From assembly GCA_964581365.1 (NCBI GenBank), contig CAZOOF010000004.1, positions 442 to 64,441 on the forward strand: DNA of 64,000 nt, in the 5' to 3' direction. A program made the position numbers and the translations under genes. The notes under the pieces were generated by a model. It made no database searches, had not been told where the DNA came from, and saw nothing but the letters and a program-made list of their open reading frames with translations. This document shows, piece by piece, positions 49,178 to 60,652 of this stretch (the first letter of the stretch is position 1; the number at the start of each line of letters is the position of its first letter). Source of the DNA: an uncultured Chromatiales bacterium. Its GTDB lineage: Bacteria > Pseudomonadota > Gammaproteobacteria > SZUA-140.

Positions 49178-50829
49178 TCGGAAGACCGGGCCAGATCCTG
49201 CGCCTGCTCCACATCAATCTGGTCCTGGTCCGCCACGGACTGGATGAGATCATACTGGATCTGCCACTTTTCCGGCCGGTGCGCTTCGTTGCCTATCTGC
49301 TCCCCTGGAACTGGTTCCGGCGTCAGCGTGAACCTCGGGCGCCGCGCATCCGGCGCACCCTGGAGGATCTCGGACCGATCTTCGTCAAGTTCGGTCAGAT
49401 CCTGTCGACTCGTCGGGATCTGCTGCCGGACGATATCGCCGAGGAGCTGGCGCAGCTGCAGGACAATGTGCCGCCCTTCCCCGGCAGCGTGGCGCGCGCC
49501 ATCGTAGAGGATGCGTACGGAAAGCCGCTCAACGAAATCTTCCGCAACTTCGACACCGAACCGTTTGCCTCCGCATCGATCGCGCAGGTGCACGCGGCAA
49601 CCCTCCTCGATGGCAAGGAGGTGATCGTCAAGGTCGTGCGCCCAGGCATCGATCGTCTGATCCGGCGCGACGTCGAGTTGATGAAGATCATCGCCGGATA
49701 CGTCGAGCGCTACTGGTCCGAAGGCCCGCGGCTGCGTCCCAGAGAGGTGGTGGCCGAGTACGAGAAGACGATCATGGACGAGCTCGATCTCGTCCGCGAA
49801 GCATCGAACGCTTCCCAGCTGCGCCGTAACTTCCTCGACTCACCGATGCTTTATGTCCCGGAAGTGTACTGGCCCTGGACTCGGCAGAATGTCATGGTCA
49901 TGGAGCGCATCCACGGTACGCCGATCGGCGACATCGATAAGCTGCGCGAGCAGGGCATAGACTTCCGCCGCCTGTCGGAGCGCGGCGTGGAAATTTTCTT
50001 CACCCAGGTGTTCCGTCACAATTTTTTCCATGCGGACATGCACCCGGGCAATATCTTCGTCAGCCCCCAGGGCCAGTACATCGCCGTGGATTTCGGCATC
50101 ATGGGCACCCTGAGCGCCGAGGATCAGCGCTATCTGGCGGAGAACTTCCTTGCCTTCTTCAACCGTGACTACCGCCGCGTCGCTGAACTGCATGTACAGT
50201 CCGAATGGGTGCCGAAGCATACCCGTGTCGACGAATTTGAGTCTGCGATCCGCGCGGTGTGCGAGCCGATATTCGAACGGCCGCTCAAGGATATTTCCTT
50301 CGGCCGCCTGCTGCTCAACCTGTTCCAGACCGCGCGGCGTTTCGACGCGAGAGTGCAGCCGCAACTGGTTCTGCTGCAGAAGACGCTGCTCAACATCGAG
50401 GGACTGGGACGTCAGCTGTACCCCGATCTCGATCTGTGGCAGACCGCAAAGCCCTTCCTCGAGCGCTGGATGCAGGAACATCGCGGGCTGCCCGGCATCG
50501 TCGCCTCGCTGCGCGAACGCGCCCCACGCTGGGCGATGCAGCTTCCCGAACTGCCGGATCTGGTCTACGACACGCTGAAGATGGTGCGGGAGGAGCGACT
50601 GCGACTGGAATGGCATTCACGGCAGCTGACCGAAGTCGAGGCTAGCCTCCGTCGCAACCATCGCGGGATGGTCTGGGCGATTACCGGCGCGGCGCTGCTG
50701 ATCTGCGGCGCACTGCTGTGGACCGGAGCCCCGGCCGAGGCGAGGCGCCGCGCCGGAGCCCCCCCCCTAGCCGGGCTAGCCCGGGGCGTCGGGGCGTTCG
50801 CCCTGCTCAGAGGGCGCGTCATGGGGTGA
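49174..50829 (+). CDS. ubiB: Ubiquinone biosynthesis protein kinase-like UbiB
   Basis: 551 aa; ABC1/ADCK atypical kinase motifs; C-terminal TM helix. Confidence 0.92.
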   Translation: MIGRPGQILRLLHINLVLVRHGLDEIILDLPLFRPVRFVAYLLPWNWFRRQREPRAPRIRRTLEDLGPIFVKFGQILSTRRDLLPDDIAEELAQLQDNVPPFPGSVARAIVEDAYGKPLNEIFRNFDTEPFASASIAQVHAATLLDGKEVIVKVVRPGIDRLIRRDVELMKIIAGYVERYWSEGPRLRPREVVAEYEKTIMDELDLVREASNASQLRRNFLDSPMLYVPEVYWPWTRQNVMVMERIHGTPIGDIDKLREQGIDFRRLSERGVEIFFTQVFRHNFFHADMHPGNIFVSPQGQYIAVDFGIMGTLSAEDQRYLAENFLAFFNRDYRRVAELHVQSEWVPKHTRVDEFESAIRAVCEPIFERPLKDISFGRLLLNLFQTARRFDARVQPQLVLLQKTLLNIEGLGRQLYPDLDLWQTAKPFLERWMQEHRGLPGIVASLRERAPRWAMQLPELPDLVYDTLKMVREERLRLEWHSRQLTEVEASLRRNHRGMVWAITGAALLICGALLWTGAPAEARRRAGAPPLAGLARGVGAFALLRGRVMG

Positions 50830-51390
50830 GGGGGGAGCGGCCGGACGCTGCAGTTCGTCTTCCACCTGCCTGCGCACCTGCGATCCCGCCAGCCGCTCGA
50901 TCAGCGCCAGCGCGAAATCCATCGCCGTTCCAGGCCCGCGTGAGGTCACCACCGGGCCGTCGATGACCACATCCTCCCGGGTAATCTCGACACCAGCCAG
51001 GGACTCCTTCTCCAGCACGCCCGGAAAAGCGGTCACGCGCCGACCGCGCAACAGGCCCGCCCTGGCCAGCACCAGCGGCGCGGCACAGATCGCAGCCGCG
51101 TGCCCGCCCTGATCGACGACCCGATCGAGCAGTGTGCGAACTCGGGGGTCGTCGGCAAGGTTATTGGACCCCGGCTGGCCGCCTGGCAGCACGACCATGT
51201 CGTAATCGCGCTCCAGCGCCTCGTCCAGGGTGATATCCGGAACCAGCCGCGTGCCGCGACTGGCGGTTACCACCCCCTCCTCGAGTCCGGCCGTTTCGAC
51301 ATCCTGGCCGGCGCGGCGCAGCAGATCGATCACCGTCACCGCCTCCAATTCCTCGCAGCCCTGGGCTAACGGAACCAGTATCCTTGCCAT
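50776..51390 (-). CDS. DJ-1/PfpI family protein (YajL-like)
   Basis: Start at [28 protein letters not shown]; nucleophile-elbow AAICAAP; its 3' end overlaps ubiB convergently by ~54 nt. Confidence 0.8.
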   Translation of the reverse strand: MARILVPLAQGCEELEAVTVIDLLRRAGQDVETAGLEEGVVTASRGTRLVPDITLDEALERDYDMVVLPGGQPGSNNLADDPRVRTLLDRVVDQGGHAAAICAAPLVLARAGLLRGRRVTAFPGVLEKESLAGVEITREDVVIDGPVVTSRGPGTAMDFALALIERLAGSQVRRQVEDELQRPAAPPSPHDAPSEQGERPDAPG

Positions 51391-51433
51391 TTGCACGCCT
51401 CCTTCAGTGCCATCCGCTGACCCGTGCAGCGGC

Positions 51434-52234
51434 TCAGAATTCTGCTCCTTCTGCGCCTGCGAACACAGCCCCGGCCTCCCGCGCCTCACGACTCTGGATC
51501 AGTCGTGACACGGATACCAGCGCGACACCCTCCGCTTCCAGTTCGGGCAGTCGCCGCTCGAGAAATTCTACCGTCTCCGGATAGGGGTGGGCGATGGCGA
51601 TCGCACTGCCGCGCTGCCGGGCGAGGCGCAGCAGTCGCTGAAACTGAAAGGCAATCGCGTCCGGATCGCGACTCGCGTCCAGGAACACATCACGCCGCGC
51701 ACTGGGCAGGCGGTTTGCGGCGGCGACCTGCCAGGCAACACTGCGAACACTGGTGTAGCTGTCGACGAAATAAAGCCCCTCGCGCTGGCGCAGCTCCTCC
51801 ATCAGCCACTGCATCCGCAGCGGGGACTGGGTCAGGAGACTGCCCATATGGTTGTTCACCCCCCGCGCCTGCGGCACGGCTGCCAATCCTGCCTGCAGCA
51901 GCCCGACGAAGGTGTCCCGACTCATGCTCATGTCGAGAAACTCATCGCCGCTCGCTGCTTCCGCCAAGGCTTCCATGGGCATGTGCAGCATCACTTCCTT
52001 GCCAAATGCGTCCGCCAGCCCGGCGAGGCGGGCGGCATGAGGCGCGTGGGGGAGAAAGGCGCAGGTGACGGCGCCGGGAAGGTCTATCACTCGCCTGTCG
52101 AGGCCGGGACGATGGCCAAGATCATCGACGATGATGGCGATGAGCGGGCGCTCCTCGCCTAGCGCGAACGGGACCTGGAGAAGCGCGGCGATAACAAACA
52201 GCGCAGCCACCCGGCGCAGGAAGGCGGAAGCCAT
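51434..52234 (-). CDS. Divergent polysaccharide deacetylase family protein (YibQ-like)
   Basis: Signal/TM segment MASAFLRRVAALFVIAALL; PLIAIIVDDLG, NNHMGS motifs. Confidence 0.75.
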   Translation of the reverse strand: MASAFLRRVAALFVIAALLQVPFALGEERPLIAIIVDDLGHRPGLDRRVIDLPGAVTCAFLPHAPHAARLAGLADAFGKEVMLHMPMEALAEAASGDEFLDMSMSRDTFVGLLQAGLAAVPQARGVNNHMGSLLTQSPLRMQWLMEELRQREGLYFVDSYTSVRSVAWQVAAANRLPSARRDVFLDASRDPDAIAFQFQRLLRLARQRGSAIAIAHPYPETVEFLERRLPELEAEGVALVSVSRLIQSREAREAGAVFAGAEGAEF

Positions 52235-52289
52235 GCATCCGCCCTCCGAACGCCAGGCGAGGACCGGCCGCATGGCCGCCCGCACAGGA

Positions 52290-53609
52290 TCAGGAACGCT
52301 GTTTCATGATGGCCAGCCCCTTGAGCAGATTCAATGCCTCATAGAGCTGGTAGTCATCAGCCGCACTCGAAGACTTCGGCTTGTCAGACGTGTTTTCCGG
52401 AGCTGCCGGCTTGGTGTCCGCTTCGCGCCCGTTGCCGAGATGGCGGGACAGGTCGCTCTCCTTGACCGCGCTGATCCCATTGTCATCGGCAGCCGCCAGA
52501 CGCATGTTCTCCAGTTGGATATCCGGCGTGATTCCTTCAGCCTGGATCGAGCGACCTGATGGCGTGAAGTAACGCGCGGTCGTCAGCTTGAGGGCAGTGC
52601 CGTTGTTCATCGGCAGAATGGTCTGCACTGAGCCCTTGCCGAAGGTACGGTTCCCCATGATGATGGCGCGCTTGTGATCCTGCAGAGCGCCGGCGACGAT
52701 CTCGCTGGCCGAGGCCGAACCGACGTTCACCAGCACCACGATCGGCGCGCCATCGAGCACATCGCCCGGCGTCGCGCTGAACTCGATCCGGGAACCCTCT
52801 GTCCGGCCCTCGGTGTAGACGATCATGCCTTTGGTCAGGAAAGCATCGGACACATCGACAGCGGCGTTGAGCACGCCCCCGGGGTTGTTGCGCAGATCGA
52901 GGACCAGACCCTGCAGCGGCTCACCGTTCTGCTCACGCAGGGAAGCGATGCCCTGCAGCATATTGTCGCCGGTGCCGGACTGGAACTGCGTGATGCGCAG
53001 ATAGCCGAAGCCCTGCTCGAGCAGTTCGCTGCGCACGCTCTTGACCTTGATGACCGCGCGGGTGATAGTCGTCTTGATCGGCGCGCTCAGCCCTTCGCGC
53101 ACGATGGTCAGGGTGATATCGGTGCCCGGCTTGCCGCGCATGATATCGACGGCTTCCTTGAGCGTCAGGCCCTTGACCGGGGTATCGTCGAGTCGCACGA
53201 TGAGATCGCCCGCCTCCACTCCCGCCCGCTGGGCCGGCGTATCGTCGATCGGCGCGATCACCTTGACGAATCCATCCTCCATCCCGACCTCGATACCGAG
53301 GCCGCCGAACTCACCGCTGGTGCCGACCTGCAGTTCCGAATACGCATCACGGTCCAGGAACGACGAATGGGGATCGAGTCCGGAGAGCATGCCGCGGACG
53401 GCGTTGTCGATCAGATCCTTGTCGTCGACCGACTCGACGTAATTATTCTTGATGCTGGCGAAAACATCGGTAAACGTGCGCAGTTCCTCCAGCGGCAACG
53501 GCGCGCGGACGTTCTCCCGCTCGGCGAAGACGCCCTGGCCGATGCTGAGCGACACGCCCAGCCCCAGGCCCAGCATCAGCACCAGAATACTCTTTCTCGT
53601 CTGTTTCAT
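52290..53609 (-). CDS. ctpA: Carboxyl-terminal processing protease (S41)
   Basis: 439 aa; PDZ domain; S41 catalytic region (GSASASEI ... TFGKGSVQ). Confidence 0.9.
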   Translation of the reverse strand: MKQTRKSILVLMLGLGLGVSLSIGQGVFAERENVRAPLPLEELRTFTDVFASIKNNYVESVDDKDLIDNAVRGMLSGLDPHSSFLDRDAYSELQVGTSGEFGGLGIEVGMEDGFVKVIAPIDDTPAQRAGVEAGDLIVRLDDTPVKGLTLKEAVDIMRGKPGTDITLTIVREGLSAPIKTTITRAVIKVKSVRSELLEQGFGYLRITQFQSGTGDNMLQGIASLREQNGEPLQGLVLDLRNNPGGVLNAAVDVSDAFLTKGMIVYTEGRTEGSRIEFSATPGDVLDGAPIVVLVNVGSASASEIVAGALQDHKRAIIMGNRTFGKGSVQTILPMNNGTALKLTTARYFTPSGRSIQAEGITPDIQLENMRLAAADDNGISAVKESDLSRHLGNGREADTKPAAPENTSDKPKSSSAADDYQLYEALNLLKGLAIMKQRS

Positions 53610-53702
53610 CTGTTTGCCTCTGGACGTGTATCGGCCACGTCCGCGATTGGATCAGGATAGAAGTTCCGGACCGGAATTTGCTTCAGTTTATCAGAAACCC
53701 CT

Positions 53703-54938
53703 TCAACCTTTGGAGGATCCGGAGTTGGGCAGCGCCCGGCACCACACCGCAGGATTGTCGGGAACGCCCTTGTGGCGGATCTCGAAATACAGACCGGGCC
53801 GGGGCTGGCCACCACTGCTGCCCACCGTAGCAATCACTTCGCCCGCGCGCACCCGGTCACCCACCGCCTTGTACAAACTCTGGTTGTGTCCGTAGAGGCT
53901 CATGTAGCCGCCCCCATGGTCGATGATCACAAGCAGACCGAATCCTCGCATCCAGTCAGCGAAGACCACCCGCCCATGGTAAATCGAGCGCACTTCGGCT
54001 CCCTCCTCGGCATCGATGAGAGTGCCGCGCCAGTTCATCCTTTCCACTTCCCGGCTGGCACCGAAACGCGCCGCGATTTTCCCCTGCACCGGCCATGGCA
54101 GCCTGCCTTTCAGGCTGGCAAAGGAGGCGTTTCCGGGAAGGTCGAACCCGGGCGGCAGCTCGCGGATCGTCGCCTGCAGGCGATCTACCAGCGCGGCCAG
54201 CGCCTGTTCGTCCTCCCGGAGCGCATCGAGGCGGCGTTCCCTGGTGGCGATATCGCGCTCCAGCCGGGCGAGCGTCTTCTGTCGCGCTTCGCGCTGCTCC
54301 CCCAGCGCGTTCAGCTGCCGCGCACGCTCGGCACGAAGCGATTCCAGCCGTTCCTGTTCCGCGCGAATTCCCGCGCGCAAGCCGGCAATCTCCGCAGCGA
54401 CGGCGCGAAACGACTCCATCCGCTCGATACGGGCCCGGTTGAAGTAATCGTAGTACTGGAGGGTGCGCCCAAGGCTGGAGGGATCATGCTGATTGAAGAT
54501 GATCTTCAGATGGCTATCGTGGCCCATGGCGTATGCCGCCACGAGCTGCCGCTCGAGCGCTTCGCGCTGGCCTGACAGTTCGGCTTCGGCTCGCCGGCCT
54601 TCTTCCTCGAGTCGCGCCAGCTCCGCCGCCCCGACCCGCCGCCGCTCGTCCAGTTCGCGCAGTGTCCGGCTGAGCCGGCCGATTTCGGTTTCGCTCTTGC
54701 GCAGCTCTTCCCGCAGTTTTGCCTGCTGATCCCGCGCGCCCGAAAGGGTATCGCTCAGCTTTCCAATCTCGCGGCGCAGTTCCTCGAGACGCTGACGTTC
54801 ACGGGCCGCCTCGTCATCCGCTTGCGCCATCGGCCAACCCAATGAGGAGGCGAAAAGCGCACCGAGAAGCAGATGATGCAGCCGTCCGTTCTCCGGCCAC
54901 AGCAGCCCGCGCAGGCGAACTGAGCGGCGCGGGCTCAT
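53703..54938 (-). CDS. envC: Murein hydrolase activator EnvC-like (coiled-coil plus LytM/M23 domain)
   Basis: 411 aa; long coiled coil; C-terminal M23 domain (GIDI..., HLHFE-like region GYMSLYGHNQS). Confidence 0.8.
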   Translation of the reverse strand: MSPRRSVRLRGLLWPENGRLHHLLLGALFASSLGWPMAQADDEAARERQRLEELRREIGKLSDTLSGARDQQAKLREELRKSETEIGRLSRTLRELDERRRVGAAELARLEEEGRRAEAELSGQREALERQLVAAYAMGHDSHLKIIFNQHDPSSLGRTLQYYDYFNRARIERMESFRAVAAEIAGLRAGIRAEQERLESLRAERARQLNALGEQREARQKTLARLERDIATRERRLDALREDEQALAALVDRLQATIRELPPGFDLPGNASFASLKGRLPWPVQGKIAARFGASREVERMNWRGTLIDAEEGAEVRSIYHGRVVFADWMRGFGLLVIIDHGGGYMSLYGHNQSLYKAVGDRVRAGEVIATVGSSGGQPRPGLYFEIRHKGVPDNPAVWCRALPNSGSSKG

Positions 54939-54966
54939 TCGCCGACGCCCGACCGATCCCGGCGCA

Positions 54967-56529
54967 TCAGTCCTCGACCAGCTCCACCAGCGGCTGCCCG
55001 TCCATCTCCGCCGGCTTGCCGACCCCCATCAGATAAAGCATCGTCGGGGCGATGTCCGACAGCGCTCCTTGGCCCTGCCGCAGGATGCGTGCCGGACGGC
55101 CGACGTACACGAAAGGCACCGGGTTGGAAGTATGCGCGGTATGGCTCTGGCCGGTGGTTTCATCCGTCATGCGCTCGGCGTTGCCATGATCCGCGGTGAC
55201 GATCATTTCGCCGCCGACCTTGCGCAAGGCCTCGTAGATGCGCCCTAGGCAGGTGTCCAGAGTTTCGATCGCCTGCACCGCGGCATCGAAATTTCCGGTA
55301 TGACCCACCATGTCGGCATTGGCGAAATTGCAGATGATCACATCGAAGCGCTCGGCAGTGATTGCGTCGACGAGGCGATCGGTCACTTCCGGCGCGCTCA
55401 TTTCGGGCTGCAGATCATAGGTGGCCACGCGAGGCGAAGGCACCAGTATGCGTTCTTCGCCGTCGAAGACCCGATCGGCGCCACCGTCGAAGAAGAAGGT
55501 GACGTGCGCGTACTTTTCGGTCTCGGCAACGCGCAGCTGAGTCATGCCGAGGTGCTCGAGCCACTCGCCCATGACCTTTTCAATGCGCCCCTGAGGGAAA
55601 GCGACCGGAACGGCAAAGTCCTTGCTGTACTCGGTGAGCGTGACGAACTCCTGCAGTCGCGGCGCCGTACGCTCGAAGCCTGCAAAGGGCTCCTCGACGA
55701 AGGCGCGCGTGATCTGCCGCGCACGGTCGGCGCGGAAATTCATGAACACGACCAGGTCGCCCTCCCCGATCCGCACCGGCTCACCGTCGCGCGCGATGGC
55801 GATCGGCCTGACGAACTCATCGCTTTCGCCGCGTTCGTACGCCTGCTCGAGCGCCTGCAGCGGATCAGCGGCCACATATTCGGCCCGCCCCTCGGCCAGC
55901 AAGTCGTAGGCAAGCCGGGTCCTTTCCCAGCGGCTGTCCCGGTCCATGGCGTAATAGCGCCCGATCATGGAAGCCAGATGACCGCCGCCGAGCTCGTTCG
56001 CAAGCTCCATGGCGGCCGCAATATTCGCCGCGGCGCTGCGCGGGGGCGTATCCCGGCCATCGAGGAATGCATGCAGATGAATTCTGCGCGGGTCCACCCG
56101 CCGCGCCGCCAGGCGGAGCATGGCGTGCATATGCTCTTGGCGGGAGTGTACGCCGCCCTCCGACAGCAGGCCGAGCACGTGCACCGATCGACCAGAGGCG
56201 GCGACCCGCTCCAGGGCTTCGTTCAGCACCGGATTGGCATCGAAATCGCCAAGCTCGATCGCGCGGTCGATACGGGTAATCTCCTGATAGACCACCCTGC
56301 CGGCACCCATGTTGAGGTGGCCGACTTCGGAGTTGCCCATCTGATCGGCAGGCAGCCCGACATAATTGCCGGATCCCTGGATCAGGGTGCGGGGATAATC
56401 CTTCCACAGGCGATCCCAGGTTGGCTTGCGCGCGGCTAGGATGGCATTGCCTTGCGGGTCTTCGCTGTATCCCCAACCATCCAGGATGAGCAGCGCGAGC
56501 GGTCGCGGTCGTTTCTTGTTGTCCACCAT
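54967..56529 (-). CDS. gpmI: 2,3-bisphosphoglycerate-independent phosphoglycerate mutase
   Basis: 520 aa; LILDGWG, GNSEVGHLN motifs. Confidence 0.95.
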   Translation of the reverse strand: MVDNKKRPRPLALLILDGWGYSEDPQGNAILAARKPTWDRLWKDYPRTLIQGSGNYVGLPADQMGNSEVGHLNMGAGRVVYQEITRIDRAIELGDFDANPVLNEALERVAASGRSVHVLGLLSEGGVHSRQEHMHAMLRLAARRVDPRRIHLHAFLDGRDTPPRSAAANIAAAMELANELGGGHLASMIGRYYAMDRDSRWERTRLAYDLLAEGRAEYVAADPLQALEQAYERGESDEFVRPIAIARDGEPVRIGEGDLVVFMNFRADRARQITRAFVEEPFAGFERTAPRLQEFVTLTEYSKDFAVPVAFPQGRIEKVMGEWLEHLGMTQLRVAETEKYAHVTFFFDGGADRVFDGEERILVPSPRVATYDLQPEMSAPEVTDRLVDAITAERFDVIICNFANADMVGHTGNFDAAVQAIETLDTCLGRIYEALRKVGGEMIVTADHGNAERMTDETTGQSHTAHTSNPVPFVYVGRPARILRQGQGALSDIAPTMLYLMGVGKPAEMDGQPLVELVED

Positions 56530-56655
56530 GTGAAATCTAGACGAAGTTTAAGGTCTTGTATACCGGCCGTGCTGCTGGCCGGTGGTACGAGGCCGGGATA
56601 TCGAATAAGCTAATGCGTTTTTCACCGCCATCCGGCGCAGCGCAGAACCGCACCA

Positions 56656-57096
56656 ATGGAAAATCTCGGAACCTTCATTCTCGACAACTGGTATCTGTTC
56701 CTGGCGCTCATTGTAATCCTTGGCCTGCTGTTCGTGAATCTCGGCAAGGGTCGGTTGCTCGGTTTTACTGAAGTCGGCCCAGTCCAGGCTGTCGAACTGA
56801 TCAACCATGAGAACGCGTTGCCGCTCGACGTTCGCGCCGACGACGAGTTCGCCAAGGGCCACATCGTCGGATCCATCAACATCCCGTTTGCGCTGCTGGA
56901 CAGCCGCATGGAAGACCTTCAGCCTCATCGCGACCGCCCGCTGCTGGTGTATTGCGAAAGCGGGCGGCAGGCGGCGCACGCCTGCGCCCGGCTGCGCAGC
57001 GCCGGCTTCGAGCCGGTCCACAAGCTGCGGGGCGGATTGATGGCCTGGCGCAGCGCGGGACTGCCGCTGGAGCGCGGGACCGGGAAAGGAACATAG
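56656..57096 (+). CDS. Membrane-anchored rhodanese-domain protein (YibN-like)
   Basis: N-terminal TM helix; rhodanese active-site CESGRQ; conserved divergent partner of gpmI. Confidence 0.8.
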   Translation: MENLGTFILDNWYLFLALIVILGLLFVNLGKGRLLGFTEVGPVQAVELINHENALPLDVRADDEFAKGHIVGSINIPFALLDSRMEDLQPHRDRPLLVYCESGRQAAHACARLRSAGFEPVHKLRGGLMAWRSAGLPLERGTGKGT

Positions 57097-57181
57097 TACG
57101 TAGGGAAACTCCGTGCTATCGTAATCCGCTGTCGCGGAGCGACATATCGCCCGCTATTTTTCACCAAGAGGAAAACCCGGC

Positions 57182-57682
57182 ATGGCCGAAACAAGCAATT
57201 CGAGCACCGATAACGGCCAGGCGGCCGGCAACCAGAAAACGTTTGCCATCCGCCGCCTCTATACTCGCGATATCTCTTTTGAAAGCCCGAACGCGCCGCA
57301 GATCTTCAACGAGGAGAAATGGACGCCCGACGTCAACATGAACCTGCAGAATCAGGCGCGCGCGATGGGCGGCGAGTTCTACGAGGTAACGGTTACCATC
57401 ACCATCACGGTGAAACTCGGTGAGCGCGTCGCGTATCTGGTTGAAGTACAGCAGGCAGGCGAATTCCAAGCCACCGGCTTTGAAGGCGAAGAACTGCGTC
57501 AGCTGCTCGGCATCTATTGCCCGGGCGTGCTTTATCCGTTCCTGCGTGAAACGGTCGCCAGCCTGGTAGCCAAGGGCGGCTTCCCTCCCCTGATGCTTGC
57601 GCCGGTCAATTTCGACGCGCTGTACCTCCAGCATCAGCAAAGCCAGAAGGCGGAGCAGTCGCAGCAGCCCGCCGACGCCTGA
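57182..57682 (+). CDS. secB: Protein-export chaperone SecB
   Basis: 166 aa; FAIRRLYTRDISFESPNAP... SecB family. Confidence 0.92.
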   Translation: MAETSNSSTDNGQAAGNQKTFAIRRLYTRDISFESPNAPQIFNEEKWTPDVNMNLQNQARAMGGEFYEVTVTITITVKLGERVAYLVEVQQAGEFQATGFEGEELRQLLGIYCPGVLYPFLRETVASLVAKGGFPPLMLAPVNFDALYLQHQQSQKAEQSQQPADA

Positions 57683-57718
57683 TCCACCGGGCAGCAACCC
57701 GGCATCGCACTGGAACAG

Positions 57719-58735
57719 ATGGTCTCCGAACAGGAAACTCCGGTACTCGTTGTCGGCGCGGGCTCCTGGGGAACCGCCCTCGCGGTCCTGCTGGCCGGCA
57801 ACGGAGTACGCACCCTGGTCTGGTCGCGCGACCCCGCACACCTGCAGGAGATGCGCGCCTCGCGGACCAATGCCGCCTTTCTTCCGGGGATCGAATTGCC
57901 GCCAGCGCTCGAGCCCGAAGAACGGCTGGACCGCGCCCTCGCCCATACCCGTGATCTGCTGATCGCGGTGCCCAGCGTGGGCTTTCGTGAAACGCTGCGC
58001 GCCATTGCGGCGCACGCGCCCGGGCCGGTCAGACTCGCCTGGGCGACCAAGGGATTCGACCCTGGCAGCGGCCACCTGCTTCACCAGGTGGCCCGCGACG
58101 AGCTTCCGTCCGCCTCCGCGCACGCAGTCATCTCCGGCCCCACCTTCGCCATGGAAGTGGCGCGCGGCCTGCCTACCGCCGTCACCGTGGCGGCCGACGA
58201 CTCGCCCTTCGCCGCCTCATTGGCGGCGCGCCTGGGCAACGACCGCTTCCGCGTCTATACCAGCGAGGACATTATCGGCGTCAGCGTCGGTGGCGCGGTA
58301 AAGAATGTCCTGGCGATTGCCGCCGGCATCGCCGATGGCCTGGGATTCGGCGCCAACACCCGCGCCGCCCTGGTCACGCGCGGGCTCGCCGAGATCATTC
58401 GCCTGGGTGTGGCGCTCGGAGGTCGCCGCGAAACCTTCTCCGGGCTGGCCGGACTCGGTGACCTGGTGCTGACCTGCACCGATGATCAGTCTCGCAACCG
58501 CAAGTTCGGCCTGGCGCTGGGCCGCGGGCATACCGTGGACGAAGCACTGGCGTCCATTTCCCAGGTGGTCGAGGGCGTACAGACCGCTCGCGAGGTAATT
58601 ACCCTCGCCGACTCCCTCGGAGTCGACATGCCCATTTCGCGCGAGGTGAACGCTGTGGTTCATGGCGGCAAGCCGCCACTGGATGCGGTGAAGGCACTGC
58701 TGTCACGCGAACAGCGGCCGGAAGATGCCTGCTGA
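57719..58735 (+). CDS. gpsA: NAD(P)H-dependent glycerol-3-phosphate dehydrogenase
   Basis: VVGAGSWGTALA Rossmann fold, 338 aa. Confidence 0.95.
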   Translation: MVSEQETPVLVVGAGSWGTALAVLLAGNGVRTLVWSRDPAHLQEMRASRTNAAFLPGIELPPALEPEERLDRALAHTRDLLIAVPSVGFRETLRAIAAHAPGPVRLAWATKGFDPGSGHLLHQVARDELPSASAHAVISGPTFAMEVARGLPTAVTVAADDSPFAASLAARLGNDRFRVYTSEDIIGVSVGGAVKNVLAIAAGIADGLGFGANTRAALVTRGLAEIIRLGVALGGRRETFSGLAGLGDLVLTCTDDQSRNRKFGLALGRGHTVDEALASISQVVEGVQTAREVITLADSLGVDMPISREVNAVVHGGKPPLDAVKALLSREQRPEDAC

Positions 58736-59407
<672 letters not shown>

Positions 59408-59429
59408 TGCCCTGTCAGTCGGCCCATCA

Positions 59430-60632
59430 TCACTCCGAAACCGGCTTGCGCTGATCGGCCTCATCGAGCCGCTCATCATCTTTACTCGCCGGGTCCAGCG
59501 GACGCTTCGAAGCCAGATACAGGCCGAAGGCCGGCCACTGCAGCAGCAGCGAAAACACCAGTACGGCGAAAGTTGTCACCGCGATCAGCGCCACATCCGC
59601 GCTTTGCGCCAGCATCAGCACCAGCACCACGGCGAAGCCGCCGCGCATGCCCGTCCAGGCCGCGATCCGGGGCAACTCATCCGGCAGCTGGTGACGCAAG
59701 CCGAACAGCCATATCGAGGCTGCAGCCAGGATCCGCGGCAGCAGTACCACGAGCGGCAGCAGGAAGGCTGCCGCTGCCAGGTGGCGGCCCGGGATCTCCA
59801 GGGTCACAAGAACCACCCCAAGAGCGATCGGCAGCAGCGCCGCCAGCAGATTGGCCACCCACGCGGACCACAATTCCAGACGCGCACGCTGGATGCCATC
59901 GCCGAAAGCCTCATCGCGTTGAAACGCCATCAGCAGGCCGGCGCAGGCAGCAGCCAGCGGGCCATTCAACGGTAGCGTCTGTCCGGCGTACCAGCACGCC
60001 AGAACGGTGCCTGCTGCCGCGACGGCCGCAAGCAGCGCGTGCGCTCCAAGCCGCAGCACCCACATCATCGCCAGCCCCAGACATGCGCCGAGCAGCAGGG
60101 CGCCGCCCGCCTGCTCCAGCACCATTGCTGAGATCGCACCGCGAACGCCATCGGCCCGCGCCAGCGCCACCTCATAGATCACCAGTCCAAGCATGCACGC
60201 AAGCAGAGGTTCGGCCATCACCCGTCGGCCAACCGCGCTCGAGCCTCCCAACGCCACCGCGCGCAGCATCGCCAGCGGTTCGGAGGGCGTGATCAGGGCA
60301 GCGAACGCGAAGGCGTATGCCAGCGGCAGTTCGATACCGAGGCGGGTGCAGACCCAACGCGTGGCAGCCGCCACCAGGGCTATCGCGAGCGCGGTCGTCA
60401 GCAGCGCAAGATTGCCGCCCAGCACCACGGTCCGCCAGGAACCCCGGGGGCGAAGCTGCACCGCTGCGCCAAACATGAGAACGCACATAAGCGCCTCGAG
60501 CACAGCGCCCGATGACGTCAGCGAAGCCGCAATCGAGTGCAGGAAATCCGCGGGGAGCGATCCCGGCGCCATCGTCTCGACGAGCAGCATGACGAATACG
60601 ACGAGCACGACGGTAAAACGGAGAGACATCAT
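59430..60632 (-). CDS. Cation:proton antiporter (Na+/H+ exchanger family)
   Basis: 400 aa with ~11-12 TM segments; CPA-family pattern. Confidence 0.7.
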   Translation of the reverse strand: MMSLRFTVVLVVFVMLLVETMAPGSLPADFLHSIAASLTSSGAVLEALMCVLMFGAAVQLRPRGSWRTVVLGGNLALLTTALAIALVAAATRWVCTRLGIELPLAYAFAFAALITPSEPLAMLRAVALGGSSAVGRRVMAEPLLACMLGLVIYEVALARADGVRGAISAMVLEQAGGALLLGACLGLAMMWVLRLGAHALLAAVAAAGTVLACWYAGQTLPLNGPLAAACAGLLMAFQRDEAFGDGIQRARLELWSAWVANLLAALLPIALGVVLVTLEIPGRHLAAAAFLLPLVVLLPRILAAASIWLFGLRHQLPDELPRIAAWTGMRGGFAVVLVLMLAQSADVALIAVTTFAVLVFSLLLQWPAFGLYLASKRPLDPASKDDERLDEADQRKPVSE

Positions 60633-60652
60633 CGAGAGAACCCTCAGAGAAA

